From an uncultured Gemmataceae bacterium (lineage in GTDB: Bacteria; Planctomycetota; Planctomycetia; Gemmatales; Gemmataceae), in the NCBI GenBank assembly GCA_963750165.1, contig CAVVPN010000003.1:1376001-1440000 (forward strand): 64,000 nt of DNA. The letters run 5' to 3'. A model generated the notes under the pieces. It was not told the origin of the DNA, made no database searches, and saw only the letters and a list, made by a program, of their open reading frames with translations. The position numbers and the translations under genes are program-made. Every line of letters begins with the position of its first letter. Position 1 is the first letter of the stretch. This document shows, piece by piece, positions 9,983 to 18,847 of this stretch.

Positions 9983-10993
9983 ATGAAAGTCATCGAGTTG
10001 CAGAACCGTTTCGACATCGACTCCCTCGCCGTCACCGAACGGCCCGAACCGCAGCCCGGCCCCGGTCAGGTGCTGCTGCGGTTGCGGGCCTGGTCGCTGA
10101 ACTACCGCGACCTGCTCCTGGTCAAGGGGCTCTACAACCCGAAGGCGAAACTGCCGCTGGTGCCGCTGTCCGACGGCGCCGGCGAGGTGGCGGCGGTCGG
10201 CCCCGGTGTGACGCGGGTCAAGGCTGGCGACCGCGTGGCCGGCATCTTCATGCAGCAGTGGCTGTGCGGTGACGTGACCGAGGCGAAGGCCAGGTCGTCG
10301 CTGGGCGGCGGCGGTCCCGGCATGCTGGCGGAGTATGTCGTGCTGGACGCGGACGGCGTGGTGCGCGTGCCGGAACACCTCAGTTTCGAGGAGGCTGCGA
10401 CGCTACCGTGCGCCGCCGTGACCGCCTGGCACGCGCTGGTGACCGAGGGATCCGTCAAGGCCGGTGACACCGTGTTGACACTGGGCACCGGCGGTGTGTC
10501 GCTGTTCGCGGTGCAGTTCGCCCGTTTGCTGGGAGCGCGCGTCCTCGCCACCTCCGGCCAGGACGAGAAGCTGGCCCGCGTCCTGCAACTGGGGGCGTCC
10601 GACGGCATCAACTACAAAACGACGCCGGACTGGGAAGAGAAGGTGCGCGAGCTGACCGGCGGCGTTGGCGTCGATCACGTCGTGGAGGTCGGCGGCGCCG
10701 GCACGCTCGGCAAGTCGCTGCGGGCCGTGCGCATGGGCGGCCGTATCAGTCTGATTGGCGTGCTGACCGGCGGCGGCCAGGTCAATCCGATGCCCGTGCT
10801 CATGAAGAACGTCCGCGTGCAGGGCATCTACGTCGGCAGCCGCGACATGTTCGAGGCCATGAATCGGGCCATCGCCCTGCACCAGCTGCGGCCGGTCGTG
10901 GATCGCGTCTTCCCGTTCGCCGAAACCCGAGCGGCTCTGCGCCACCTGGAGAGCCAGGCGCACTTCGGCAAGGTCGCGATTCGCCTGGGCTGA
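9983..10993 (+). CDS. NAD(P)-dependent medium-chain alcohol dehydrogenase/quinone reductase family protein
   Basis: SLNYRD, PLSDGAGEV, LPCAAVTAW, GTGGVS, AHFGKV motifs. Confidence 0.92.
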   Translation: MKVIELQNRFDIDSLAVTERPEPQPGPGQVLLRLRAWSLNYRDLLLVKGLYNPKAKLPLVPLSDGAGEVAAVGPGVTRVKAGDRVAGIFMQQWLCGDVTEAKARSSLGGGGPGMLAEYVVLDADGVVRVPEHLSFEEAATLPCAAVTAWHALVTEGSVKAGDTVLTLGTGGVSLFAVQFARLLGARVLATSGQDEKLARVLQLGASDGINYKTTPDWEEKVRELTGGVGVDHVVEVGGAGTLGKSLRAVRMGGRISLIGVLTGGGQVNPMPVLMKNVRVQGIYVGSRDMFEAMNRAIALHQLRPVVDRVFPFAETRAALRHLESQAHFGKVAIRLG

Positions 10994-11001
10994 CCTCCTT
11001 C

Positions 11002-11067
11002 TCGTGGGGCAGACATTCCTGTCTGCCATCTTTTGAAGGTTGGCAGACAGGAATGTCTGCCCCACGA
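11002..11067. repeat. REP-like doublet GTGGGGCAGACATTCCTGTCTGCC
   Basis: Two inverted palindromic units just after the stop codon; same unit at 62257-62282. Confidence 0.85.
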
Positions 11068-11076
11068 AAATTGCTC

Positions 11077-11105
11077 TTGCCACGCAGGCCGACCGTCGCT
11101 ATACG
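11077..11105 (+). promoter_or_regulatory. Putative sigma70-type promoter
   Basis: TTGCCA-N17-TATACG directly upstream of the structured region. Confidence 0.5.
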
Positions 11106-11111
11106 CCCCCC

Positions 11112-11426
11112 TCGTTGTTGACGACGGCTGACGCCACCGCCGCGGACGACACCCGTTTCACACAGCCGAACTCTGCTGCGTGCCGGATTTTGCGGGAAAC
11201 CGGCACTGTCCGCCCTCCTGGGCAGTAGCGTTCATCTCGCTGGGACCAGTGGTTTTGGGTCGGCCACCCCAGTGGGAGCTTCGCAGTAGAGTTCTTGTCG
11301 GACCGGGAGCCGGGCCCTTGTGCCCGGCTCCCGGGGATACACCGCGACCAGCCTTCCCCTGAGCCGTCGGTCGGCGCCGCCGTGTGCGGGCCGGCCGACG
11401 TTCCAGGGGAGGGCTTGTCGCATTTT
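11112..11426 (+). ncRNA. Putative large structured non-coding RNA, family unassigned
   Basis: Nested stems, including 11168-11180/11282-11294 closing three hairpins, plus hairpins at 11303-11334 and 11344-11421 followed by a T-run; most non-Watson-Crick pairs are G-U on the + strand; no credible ORF. Confidence 0.6.
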
Positions 11427-11550
11427 TATACTCTTGCATGTGCAATTTTTGCAAGCCTGCCCCATTTCACCGCTGTAAAAAAGGTCGCCCAACCGGTCGT
11501 GTCGCCGACCCACATTGCGAAATTTCCAGGGTTTTTCGGCTTTCCGGCGT

Positions 11551-11568
11551 TTGGCACACCATGTGCAA
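11551..11568 (+). promoter_or_regulatory. Putative sigma54 (-24/-12) promoter
   Basis: TTGGCACACCATGTGCAA: GG-N10-GC with TGGCAC core, ~145 bp upstream of the CDS at 11711. Confidence 0.5.
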
Positions 11569-11710
11569 CATTTATTTCTAGTTGGTACATCTTGCGGAAC
11601 AACCCGGGGGCCAACCGACCCCCGGAAACACACCCCGTTGCTTTCCTCGGAACAAAGCCACGGTTTTTCCGGACGCGCACCCCGTGCGCAACAGAGAAGA
11701 GGTACGTCTC

Positions 11711-12268
11711 ATGGCCGCCCTGCAACTGGCCATCGCCCTGGTTTGGCTGTCCACGCCCCCCGATCAATTTACCTGCCCTGAGATGAACCAGTGGCACCGG
11801 GTGCTGGCCGGGCCGATCCGGGTGCTGGCCCTGCGCTGGGAGGTGCTCGACCCGCGCGAGGCCGGCCACCTGCTCGCCCGCGCCGAGGACTTCAAGGACG
11901 ACCTGCGCACCCTGCAGGAGCGCTGCGAGGAGTTGCGCACGGCGCCGCCGCTGTGCGAGGCCGAGCGTTTCCCGGGCCGCGATCTGGTCAGCGACATGAT
12001 GGCCTTCAACCGCGCCTATCACGACAACCTCAGCAAGCGGCTTGAACTGGACCGCATCCACGCCGAGGAGTTGCGTCAGGCACTGCAGGAGACCGATCAG
12101 CTGCACCGCGTTTGGAATACCGTCCACGAGATCAACTGCCCGTATTACTACGTCACCTACCGCCGCCAGGCCCTGCGGCAGTTGCGCGAACTGATCGGCG
12201 AGCAGGCGTTCTACACCGGCAACCTGCCGCCGCACGTGCCGCTCTGGCGCATCCCGGAAGCCCGTTGA
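11711..12268 (+). CDS. Hypothetical helical protein
   Basis: AGAGG RBS, GC3-biased codons, followed by a terminator-like hairpin. Confidence 0.75.
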   Translation: MAALQLAIALVWLSTPPDQFTCPEMNQWHRVLAGPIRVLALRWEVLDPREAGHLLARAEDFKDDLRTLQERCEELRTAPPLCEAERFPGRDLVSDMMAFNRAYHDNLSKRLELDRIHAEELRQALQETDQLHRVWNTVHEINCPYYYVTYRRQALRQLRELIGEQAFYTGNLPPHVPLWRIPEAR

Positions 12269-12271
12269 GCA

Positions 12272-12324
12272 AAAAAGATTCACCACAGCGAACGCTCTCC
12301 GCGTTCGCTGTGGTGAATCTTTTT
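12272..12324. terminator. Bidirectional hairpin between convergent genes
   Basis: AAAAAGATTCACCACAGCGAACGC-tctcc-GCGTTCGCTGTGGTGAATCTTTTT perfect inverted repeat. Confidence 0.8.
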
Positions 12325-12338
12325 AACCCCCGAGGTCG

Positions 12339-13793
12339 CTACTTGCCGCCGCCGCGGTTAATGGTGAGGCCGATGACGCGCGCCCGCGGCCCGGTCACGC
12401 GCACGACGATGCCTGCGGGTTCGCTGCTGCCGCTCGAGATCAAGGACACGAGCACGACGCGCGTCTGCGCCGATGGCAGCTTCAGCAGATACGCGGAGTC
12501 CGCCGGACTCGCCTTCTTGGCATACTCCTCCACCGTCACCACGTTGCCCACCTTGAACGACGCCTGCTGTTGCTTGAGTTGCTCCTTCATCCCCTCGAAC
12601 ACCATCTTGAAGAAGCCGTCCAGGTCTTCGCGCTTCGTGAACTGGGCCGCGCTTGCGAAGTTGAAGGGCACGTCCGTCGATTTCTGGAACATTTTGAAGT
12701 CGGTGTTCAGGATGCTGTTGAGGAACTGTCGGGTTACGTCCCGCGAACGCTGCTGCGTGTTGGCGAAGAACAGATCCGTGTCGCTTTTCGCCAGGTCGAA
12801 CTTGGCCGCGCGCTCCTGCCACCACTGCTTCCAGGCAGCCTGGGCCTTGCCGCGCACTGCCGGGTCGTCGGTCACCGCGGCCTGCGGGGCGGCGTTGCCG
12901 GCAACGCGCTGCAACAGATCCTCGGCCTGCTCGGCGTAGCGGAACGGGCCGTCGGCCAGCAGCGCGATCAACACCGGCACGCCGATCTTGTCGCGAGCGC
13001 ACAGCAGCCCCTGGGCGGCGCGGAAGCGAACCATCGCCTCCTTATCGGCCAGCAGTTTGCGCACCTCGGCGCGCTGGGTAGTGCTGCCCTCGCGGCCGAG
13101 CACCAGCGCCGCCACGGCGCGCCGCAGCGGCGACTTGTCTGTCAGGGCCGTCGCCAGCACCGGGTCGATCTTCTTCGCGTCGATGGTCAGCGTCAGCACC
13201 GTCGCCACCATTTCATCCTCCACGAGGTCGTTGGCGGCGTAGGGCAGGAAGTTCAGCAGCAGCGGCACGGCCCCCTGCGGCCGGCGCTCGCGCAGCAGCC
13301 GCACGGCCGCCCCGGTCTGGGCGCTGGTGAACTTCCCCTCGATCTCCTGCATGATCTTGCTGGCGCGGCGGCTGGTCTCCAGATCACGGCCTTCCATGAA
13401 GGTGCGCAGCAACGGCAGCACCCGCGGGCCTTCCTTGAGCAGATCCCGGGTGGCCTTGTCGCGCACCTTGAAGGACTTGTCGGCCAGGTTCTTGATGATC
13501 GGCTCCAGGCGGGTGCGGTCCTGCTCGGTGGGAATGCGGTTGTTCAGGAATGTCAGCAGGGCGGGCCCGTCGGTGGCGACCCTGGCTTCCTTGAGCAGGT
13601 GCTCATCCTCGGCGATCTGCGGATCGACGGGCAGAGCGAACAGTTCGAAGAACCGCGACTGCTGCGGTCCCTGGGCCTTCTTGTCCTTCTTCTCCATCGC
13701 CTGCTGGCCGCGCAGCCCGGCGGTCGGCCCGCCGACGGCCAGTGCCAGCGCCGCCAGCAAACCGAGGGTGACAACCATCCGTTTCATGGGCAC
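12339..13793 (-). CDS. Exported HEAT-repeat protein
   Basis: Signal peptide; LADKSFKVRDKATRDL, LRRAVAALVLG, VRFRAAQGL repeats. Confidence 0.8.
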   Translation of the reverse strand: MPMKRMVVTLGLLAALALAVGGPTAGLRGQQAMEKKDKKAQGPQQSRFFELFALPVDPQIAEDEHLLKEARVATDGPALLTFLNNRIPTEQDRTRLEPIIKNLADKSFKVRDKATRDLLKEGPRVLPLLRTFMEGRDLETSRRASKIMQEIEGKFTSAQTGAAVRLLRERRPQGAVPLLLNFLPYAANDLVEDEMVATVLTLTIDAKKIDPVLATALTDKSPLRRAVAALVLGREGSTTQRAEVRKLLADKEAMVRFRAAQGLLCARDKIGVPVLIALLADGPFRYAEQAEDLLQRVAGNAAPQAAVTDDPAVRGKAQAAWKQWWQERAAKFDLAKSDTDLFFANTQQRSRDVTRQFLNSILNTDFKMFQKSTDVPFNFASAAQFTKREDLDGFFKMVFEGMKEQLKQQQASFKVGNVVTVEEYAKKASPADSAYLLKLPSAQTRVVLVSLISSGSSEPAGIVVRVTGPRARVIGLTINRGGGK

Positions 13794-13907
13794 ACTCCGT
13801 CCAAGGTTGCGAACGCCGCGCCGGCAGCGGGTCGGTCGTTCTGGGGAGGAATCCTGATACAGCCTCCACCGGATTGTGCATGAGATTTCCGGTGTTCGGG
13901 AGCCTGG

Positions 13908-15521
13908 TCAATAGCCGCCGTTGAAGCCGAAGGGTTGGTACGCCACGACGCGCACGTCGTCACCGCGCACCGACACCACCAGCGCCACCGAGCCGAACAG
14001 AATATTTTGGTCGCGCACGTCGGCCGTGGCCACGAACAGGCCGCTGTGTCGGTAGGTCTGCAGGAACGACTTCCATCCCTGCGGGGCCTTCTTGGCGAAC
14101 TCCGCCGCGGGCATGAAGCGCTTGAACGTGAGCGGATAGCCGAACTGATTGGAGGCCATCAACTGCGGATAATACTGGTCCAGCTGAGCCCGCGTCGTCA
14201 GCCACGAGAACGACACGGGTTGCATAACGCCCTTGCCGTAGCCACCCCCGTAGGGGTTCATCTGGTTCTGGCGGGTGAACAGGGCAAAGGGCGCGTCCGT
14301 GAGACGCCGAAACGCCTGCGCGTCGTGTTCGTTCAAACAGCGGACGAATTCCACGGCGACGGCGTAAGCGCGGGGCAGCGATCCCGTCCGCGGCCCGACG
14401 CCGGTGAGTGCCGGCAGCGACCGCCGGCCGCTGCGCTCCTGCCACCAGGTGACCCAGCCGTCGTGGTATTGTTTGCGGACGTTGCCGAAGGTCGCCTCCA
14501 GCGGTTGCTGATTCGGTTGCGGTGTGTTCGGCGTGTAGACCGCGGACATCGGCCCCGAGTAGATGCCGTTCATGTTGGGTTGCTTGGGCAAGGGCGGCAT
14601 CTTCTTGTCGAACTTCGGATACAGCGCCAGCGGCGCTGAGTCGCCGGCCAGGCGCAGCAGCACTTCCTCCGCCCGCTCCGCCCACGGCAGCGGGGCCTCG
14701 GCCAGCATGTCGAGCAGCACCGGGACGGCGGCCCGGTCGCCGCCGCCGAGCAGCCCCTGCGCGGCGCGGAAGCGCACGCCCGGGTCGGTGTCTTGCAAAC
14801 ACTGTCGCGCCACCTGTTGATGCCGGGCGCTGCCGTGACGGCCCAGCACCAGCGCCGCGGCGGCGCGGCGCGCGGGGATTGGGTCTGTTATCGCCACGCG
14901 CATCAGGTCAATGGTTTCGCCTTCGGGCATACCAATTTCCCACAGGGTTGCCAGCGCCTCCTCTTCTCCGTGTTCGTCCGCCACCGGCAAATATTGCAGC
15001 AGCGCCGCCGTGGCGCCGGCCGGCTTGCGGTCGCGCACCAGGCGCAGCGCGGCGCTGACCGCCTCCGGCCCCTGGCGGCGGACCATCAACTCGCGCAGCC
15101 GCTGCAAACGACGTTTCAACTCCAGGCCGGCGGTTTTGTCCAGTTCCGCCAGCGGCGGCAGCGCCGAGGGGCCGACGGCGATGAGATCCTTCAGGGCCTG
15201 TTCGCGGACGCGGTAGTTGCTGGACGACAGCCGCGGCAGGGCATGGGTGACGCGCTGGTAGGGCGACTTCGGCCCGGCCTGCCAGCCGACCACTTCCAGC
15301 AGTTCGCGCGGCTTGACCAGCGGCGCGGGCGGCCGGGCCGCGGTGTGCTGCCAGCGCAGGAACTCGAGCAGGGCTGGGCCGTCAGTCGGCAGCTGGAGGC
15401 CGCGCAGCAGCCGCTCGTCGTCGGCGCACCGGGCGGCGTGCGCCGCGGTCGGGACGCTGGGCTCCAGAAACCCACCGAACGCCAGCAGCAGCATGGGCAA
15501 GGCAGACACTCCAGTGGGCAT
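13908..15521 (-). CDS. Exported HEAT-repeat protein (paralogue of 12339-13793)
   Basis: ATG at 15521 with AGGAGG RBS; shares TDGPALL.FL, RRAAAALVLG, VRFRAAQGLL, AE.AE..L.R.AG with its neighbour. Confidence 0.8.
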   Translation of the reverse strand: MPTGVSALPMLLLAFGGFLEPSVPTAAHAARCADDERLLRGLQLPTDGPALLEFLRWQHTAARPPAPLVKPRELLEVVGWQAGPKSPYQRVTHALPRLSSSNYRVREQALKDLIAVGPSALPPLAELDKTAGLELKRRLQRLRELMVRRQGPEAVSAALRLVRDRKPAGATAALLQYLPVADEHGEEEALATLWEIGMPEGETIDLMRVAITDPIPARRAAAALVLGRHGSARHQQVARQCLQDTDPGVRFRAAQGLLGGGDRAAVPVLLDMLAEAPLPWAERAEEVLLRLAGDSAPLALYPKFDKKMPPLPKQPNMNGIYSGPMSAVYTPNTPQPNQQPLEATFGNVRKQYHDGWVTWWQERSGRRSLPALTGVGPRTGSLPRAYAVAVEFVRCLNEHDAQAFRRLTDAPFALFTRQNQMNPYGGGYGKGVMQPVSFSWLTTRAQLDQYYPQLMASNQFGYPLTFKRFMPAAEFAKKAPQGWKSFLQTYRHSGLFVATADVRDQNILFGSVALVVSVRGDDVRVVAYQPFGFNGGY

Positions 15522-15918
15522 ACGATCCTCCTTGTTAGTGATCCCGGTACGAATTACAGCGATTGTAAGTTTTTCGCCGCCGTTTCCGCCAGCCGGAACG
15601 GACGCGAAAAATCCACGGCGACCCCAACACACTTCCGACGAATGACTTGTGCTGTCGGATTGCAGCGTCCGCGCCGACCGGCACGCGATCTGCAATGACA
15701 TACATTCGACCTGATCGAGCCAAGAAGCGCAGGTCACTCCGGTGGGTTGGCAGCCCGCCGCCTTCCCCGGCGGCGGCCACGGCTTCCCCCGGCCGTGCGG
15801 CGAACGGCGTTCGTTGCGGAGGTTCTTCCCCACCTCCCGACCCAAGGCGACCGCCCCGCGGCGAACCCCCGGATGACCGGTGCTTCCCTGTCTAACTCCC
15901 GCCCTGACCCCTACCGAT

Positions 15919-16335
15919 TTACCCCCCTTCGCCACCCGCTTCCCCCGGCGGGTGGCTTCTTTTTTTGATTCCGGCATCGCGCAATTTCATGGTGGTGTTG
16001 GTTGCCTCCACGTCGGGAAGTTCCCTGCGCGGATCCTGGTCGCCGAGTTGCAACAGGAAGACATGCTCGCCCACCTGGAGACGATCGCCGTTGTGCAGCG
16101 GCGCCTGGCTGCGGATGCGCTGACCGTTGAGGAACGTGCCGTTACTGCTGCCGAGGTCGGCGATCGTGGCCTCGGCGCCGCGCAACCGCAACAGGCAGTG
16201 GTGGCGGCTGATGGCCGCGTCGTGCAGCCGCAGGTCGCAGTCGCTGCCGCGGCCGACCAGGAACTCGTCCTTCACGATGGCGATTTCATGGCTCAGGGCG
16301 GATGCTTCCGCCATCTCGATGAGTTTGGCCGTCAT
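15919..16335 (-). CDS. FHA domain protein
   Basis: VGRGSDCD..ISRHHC..DLGSSNGTFLNG FHA signature. Confidence 0.92.
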   Translation of the reverse strand: MTAKLIEMAEASALSHEIAIVKDEFLVGRGSDCDLRLHDAAISRHHCLLRLRGAEATIADLGSSNGTFLNGQRIRSQAPLHNGDRLQVGEHVFLLQLGDQDPRRELPDVEATNTTMKLRDAGIKKRSHPPGEAGGEGG

Positions 16336-16439
16336 GAGAGTGTCTCCGAAAAAGCAGCCGCGTGGTGGTCCAGGTCGTTTTCGTTATGATAACCGCGACG
16401 CCGCCTGCAAGATAGGGCCTACCCGCCAGGAGCTTCCGC

Positions 16440-17642
16440 ATGGACCCGACCGCCGCCCGGGCCTGCTTCCCCGGCACCCGCGACTGCGTGTTCCTCGACG
16501 CCGCCTGCGTCAGCCTGCTGCCCGTGCAGGCCGCGGCGGCGTTGCAGCGTCTGACGCAGGAACTGCTGACCTGCCCGGCCCGCGACGCCTCGGCGCAACA
16601 TATCGCCCTGGACCGCAGCGCCGACCAACCGCGCCACGAGGCCGCCCGACTGATCGGCGCCCGCCCCGAGGACGTGGCGCTGATCGAGAGCACGACGCAG
16701 GGCTTGCAGGCCATCGCCGCGACGGTGCCGCTGGGGCCGGGCGACACGGTGCTCGTCGGCGCCACGGAATTCATGGGCCTGGCAGTGCCGTGGATTCCGC
16801 GGCAGGCGACGCAGGGCTTTCGGCTGGAGGTGGTGCCGCACCGCGACGGCCGGCTGCTGGCCGAGGATTTTGCGCGCGTGGTCGATAGTCATACGCGCAT
16901 GATTTTGCTGAGCAGCGTGCAGTGGAACAACGGCTACCGCGCCGACCTCGCGGCGTTCAGCGAACTGGCCCGCGCCCGCAACCTCATCCTGGTCGTGGAC
17001 GCGATCCAGCAGTTGGGGGCGGTGGCGCTGGACGTGGGGCGGACGCCGGTTGATTTCCTGGTGACCGGCGGGCACAAGTGGCTGAACGCGCCGGTGGGCC
17101 GTGGTTTCCTGTATGTCCACCCGCGCTGGCAGGAGCGGCTGCGGCCGGCGGCCTGGGGGTATCTCAACATCTGCCAGCCGCCGGAGGGCTGGGCCAACTA
17201 TTTCGCGACGCCGACGATCCCGGCGGTGCGCGACTACGACTTTCACCGCGACGCCCGCGCCTTCGAGGTCGGCGGCACCGCGAACTACCCCGGCAACGCA
17301 GCGCTCGGGGCGGCGCTGGCGCTCATCAACGAACTCGGCATTGATGCCATCAGCGGATACGTCCTGGACCTGACCGAGGAGCTGCTGGAGGGGCTGCGGC
17401 GGGCAGGTACGACGGTGGTGACGCCGCCGGAGCGGGCGAGCCGGTCGGGCATTGTGACGTGTACGCTCGGCCGCGGCGTGGCGGCGGATACGGCGTTGTT
17501 GCAGCAATTGCTGGACCGGCGCATCCTGATCTCGCAGCGCTTCACGGCGGGCGTCGGCGGACTGCGGGTGTCGGTGCATTTCTTCAACAACCGGGACGAC
17601 ATCGGGCGGCTGACGGAGGCAATGCGAGAGTTGTCCGATTGA
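16440..17642 (+). CDS. Class V PLP-dependent aminotransferase (cysteine desulfurase-like)
   Basis: FLDAAC, VDAIQ, GGHKWLNAP, FEVGGT, LRVSVHFFN; AGGAG RBS. Confidence 0.9.
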   Translation: MDPTAARACFPGTRDCVFLDAACVSLLPVQAAAALQRLTQELLTCPARDASAQHIALDRSADQPRHEAARLIGARPEDVALIESTTQGLQAIAATVPLGPGDTVLVGATEFMGLAVPWIPRQATQGFRLEVVPHRDGRLLAEDFARVVDSHTRMILLSSVQWNNGYRADLAAFSELARARNLILVVDAIQQLGAVALDVGRTPVDFLVTGGHKWLNAPVGRGFLYVHPRWQERLRPAAWGYLNICQPPEGWANYFATPTIPAVRDYDFHRDARAFEVGGTANYPGNAALGAALALINELGIDAISGYVLDLTEELLEGLRRAGTTVVTPPERASRSGIVTCTLGRGVAADTALLQQLLDRRILISQRFTAGVGGLRVSVHFFNNRDDIGRLTEAMRELSD

Positions 17643-17688
17643 CCGCGCGCGCCCGACAGGACTGGCATTGGTGGTCGCTCGGTGGCGC

Positions 17689-17748
17689 CGGTTGTCGCAG
17701 CAAGGGGGCCAAGGAGGCCAAGGGGGCCAACTTTTTCATACGTCGAGA
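17689..17748. repeat. Dispersed 60-bp repeat with 9-mer core, copy 2
   Basis: 57/60 identical to 73-132. Confidence 0.85.
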
Positions 17749-17823
17749 TTTGACCCCCCTGGTCCTTGCGGGCTGGCGCGGTGAGGCTTCCAGTGACACC
17801 CAGGTTGCTCTCAAGAGGGATCC

Positions 17824-18813
17824 ATGAAACACCTCGGCAAGACCGGCCTGACGGTGTCGCGGTTGGGTCTGGGGTTGGCGGCGCTGGGCCGGCCGGGCTA
17901 CATCAACCTCGGCCACGCCGACGACCTGGGCCATGACTACGACGTGGCGGCCATGCGTCGCCGGGCGTTCATGGTGCTGGACGCCGCCTGGGCCGCGGAC
18001 GTGCGCTACTTCGACGCCGCCCGCTCCTATGGCCGGGCTGAGGAGTTCCTGAGCGCCTGGCTGGCTGCGCGCGCCATCGATCCGGCGGCGGTGACGGTCG
18101 GCTCCAAGTGGGGCTACACCTACACCGCCGACTGGCAGGTGCGGGCAGAACACCACGAGGTCAAGGACCACCGCCTGCCGGTGCTGCGGCGCCAGTACCA
18201 GGAAAGCCGTCACCATCTCGGCCCACACCTCGACCTTTATCAGATCCACTCGGCGACGCTGGAGAGCGGCGTGCTCGATGACCGGGACGTGCTGGCTGAG
18301 CTGGCGCGGCTGCGCGGCGGTGGCGTGAAACTCGGCCTGTCAGTGAGTGGACCGCGGCAGGGCGAAACGCTGCTGCGGGCACTGGACGTGGCCGTGGACG
18401 GTGTGCCGCTGTTCGACTGCGTGCAGGCGACGTGGAACCTGCTGGAACGCTCCGCGGAACCGGCGCTGCGGCAGGCGCACGTGCGCGGCCTGGGCGTCAT
18501 TATCAAGGAAGCGCTGGCCAACGGGCGGTTGACGCCGCGCAACCAGGACGCGGCCTTTGCGGAACAGCGACGGCGGCTGGAAACCACGGCAGCGCGGCTG
18601 GGGACGACGCTCGATGCGCTGGCGCTGGCGGCAGTGCTGGCGCAACCGTGGGTGGCTGTCGTGCTCAGCGGCGCGACGACGGCGGAGCAGTTGCACTCGA
18701 ACCTGGCGGCGCTGACGGTGCGCTGGGACGAGGCGGCCGCGGCGGAGTTGGCGGCGCTGGCGGAGACGCCGCCGGCGTACTGGTCGGAGCGGGCGCGGCT
18801 GGCGTGGAACTGA
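17824..18813 (+). CDS. Aldo/keto reductase
   Basis: LGKTGLTVSRLGLG, FDAARSYG, GSKWG, LDLYQIH, QATWNLL. Confidence 0.93.
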   Translation: MKHLGKTGLTVSRLGLGLAALGRPGYINLGHADDLGHDYDVAAMRRRAFMVLDAAWAADVRYFDAARSYGRAEEFLSAWLAARAIDPAAVTVGSKWGYTYTADWQVRAEHHEVKDHRLPVLRRQYQESRHHLGPHLDLYQIHSATLESGVLDDRDVLAELARLRGGGVKLGLSVSGPRQGETLLRALDVAVDGVPLFDCVQATWNLLERSAEPALRQAHVRGLGVIIKEALANGRLTPRNQDAAFAEQRRRLETTAARLGTTLDALALAAVLAQPWVAVVLSGATTAEQLHSNLAALTVRWDEAAAAELAALAETPPAYWSERARLAWN

Positions 18814-18847
18814 CAACCAGGCTCGGTAAGTGAGGCGGGGCGCCGTG

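Noticed and set aside
11180..11365. 6S RNA (CCCCTGAGCCG, GGGAGC) or cobalamin riboswitch (CCGGCACTGTCC) assignment for the structured region
   Set aside because: The 6S motifs are in the wrong order and the fold is multibranched; no B12 box; CCCTGAGCCG also occurs in a plain terminator at ~31277
11425..11454. Minus-strand TTGCAA-N18-TATAAA promoter for the structured RNA
   Set aside because: G-U pairing bias favours the + strand; kept only as a possible antisense promoter
15679..15694. Sigma54-like CGGCACGCGATCTGCA on the + strand
   Set aside because: Points away from the adjacent minus-strand gene, with no credible downstream gene
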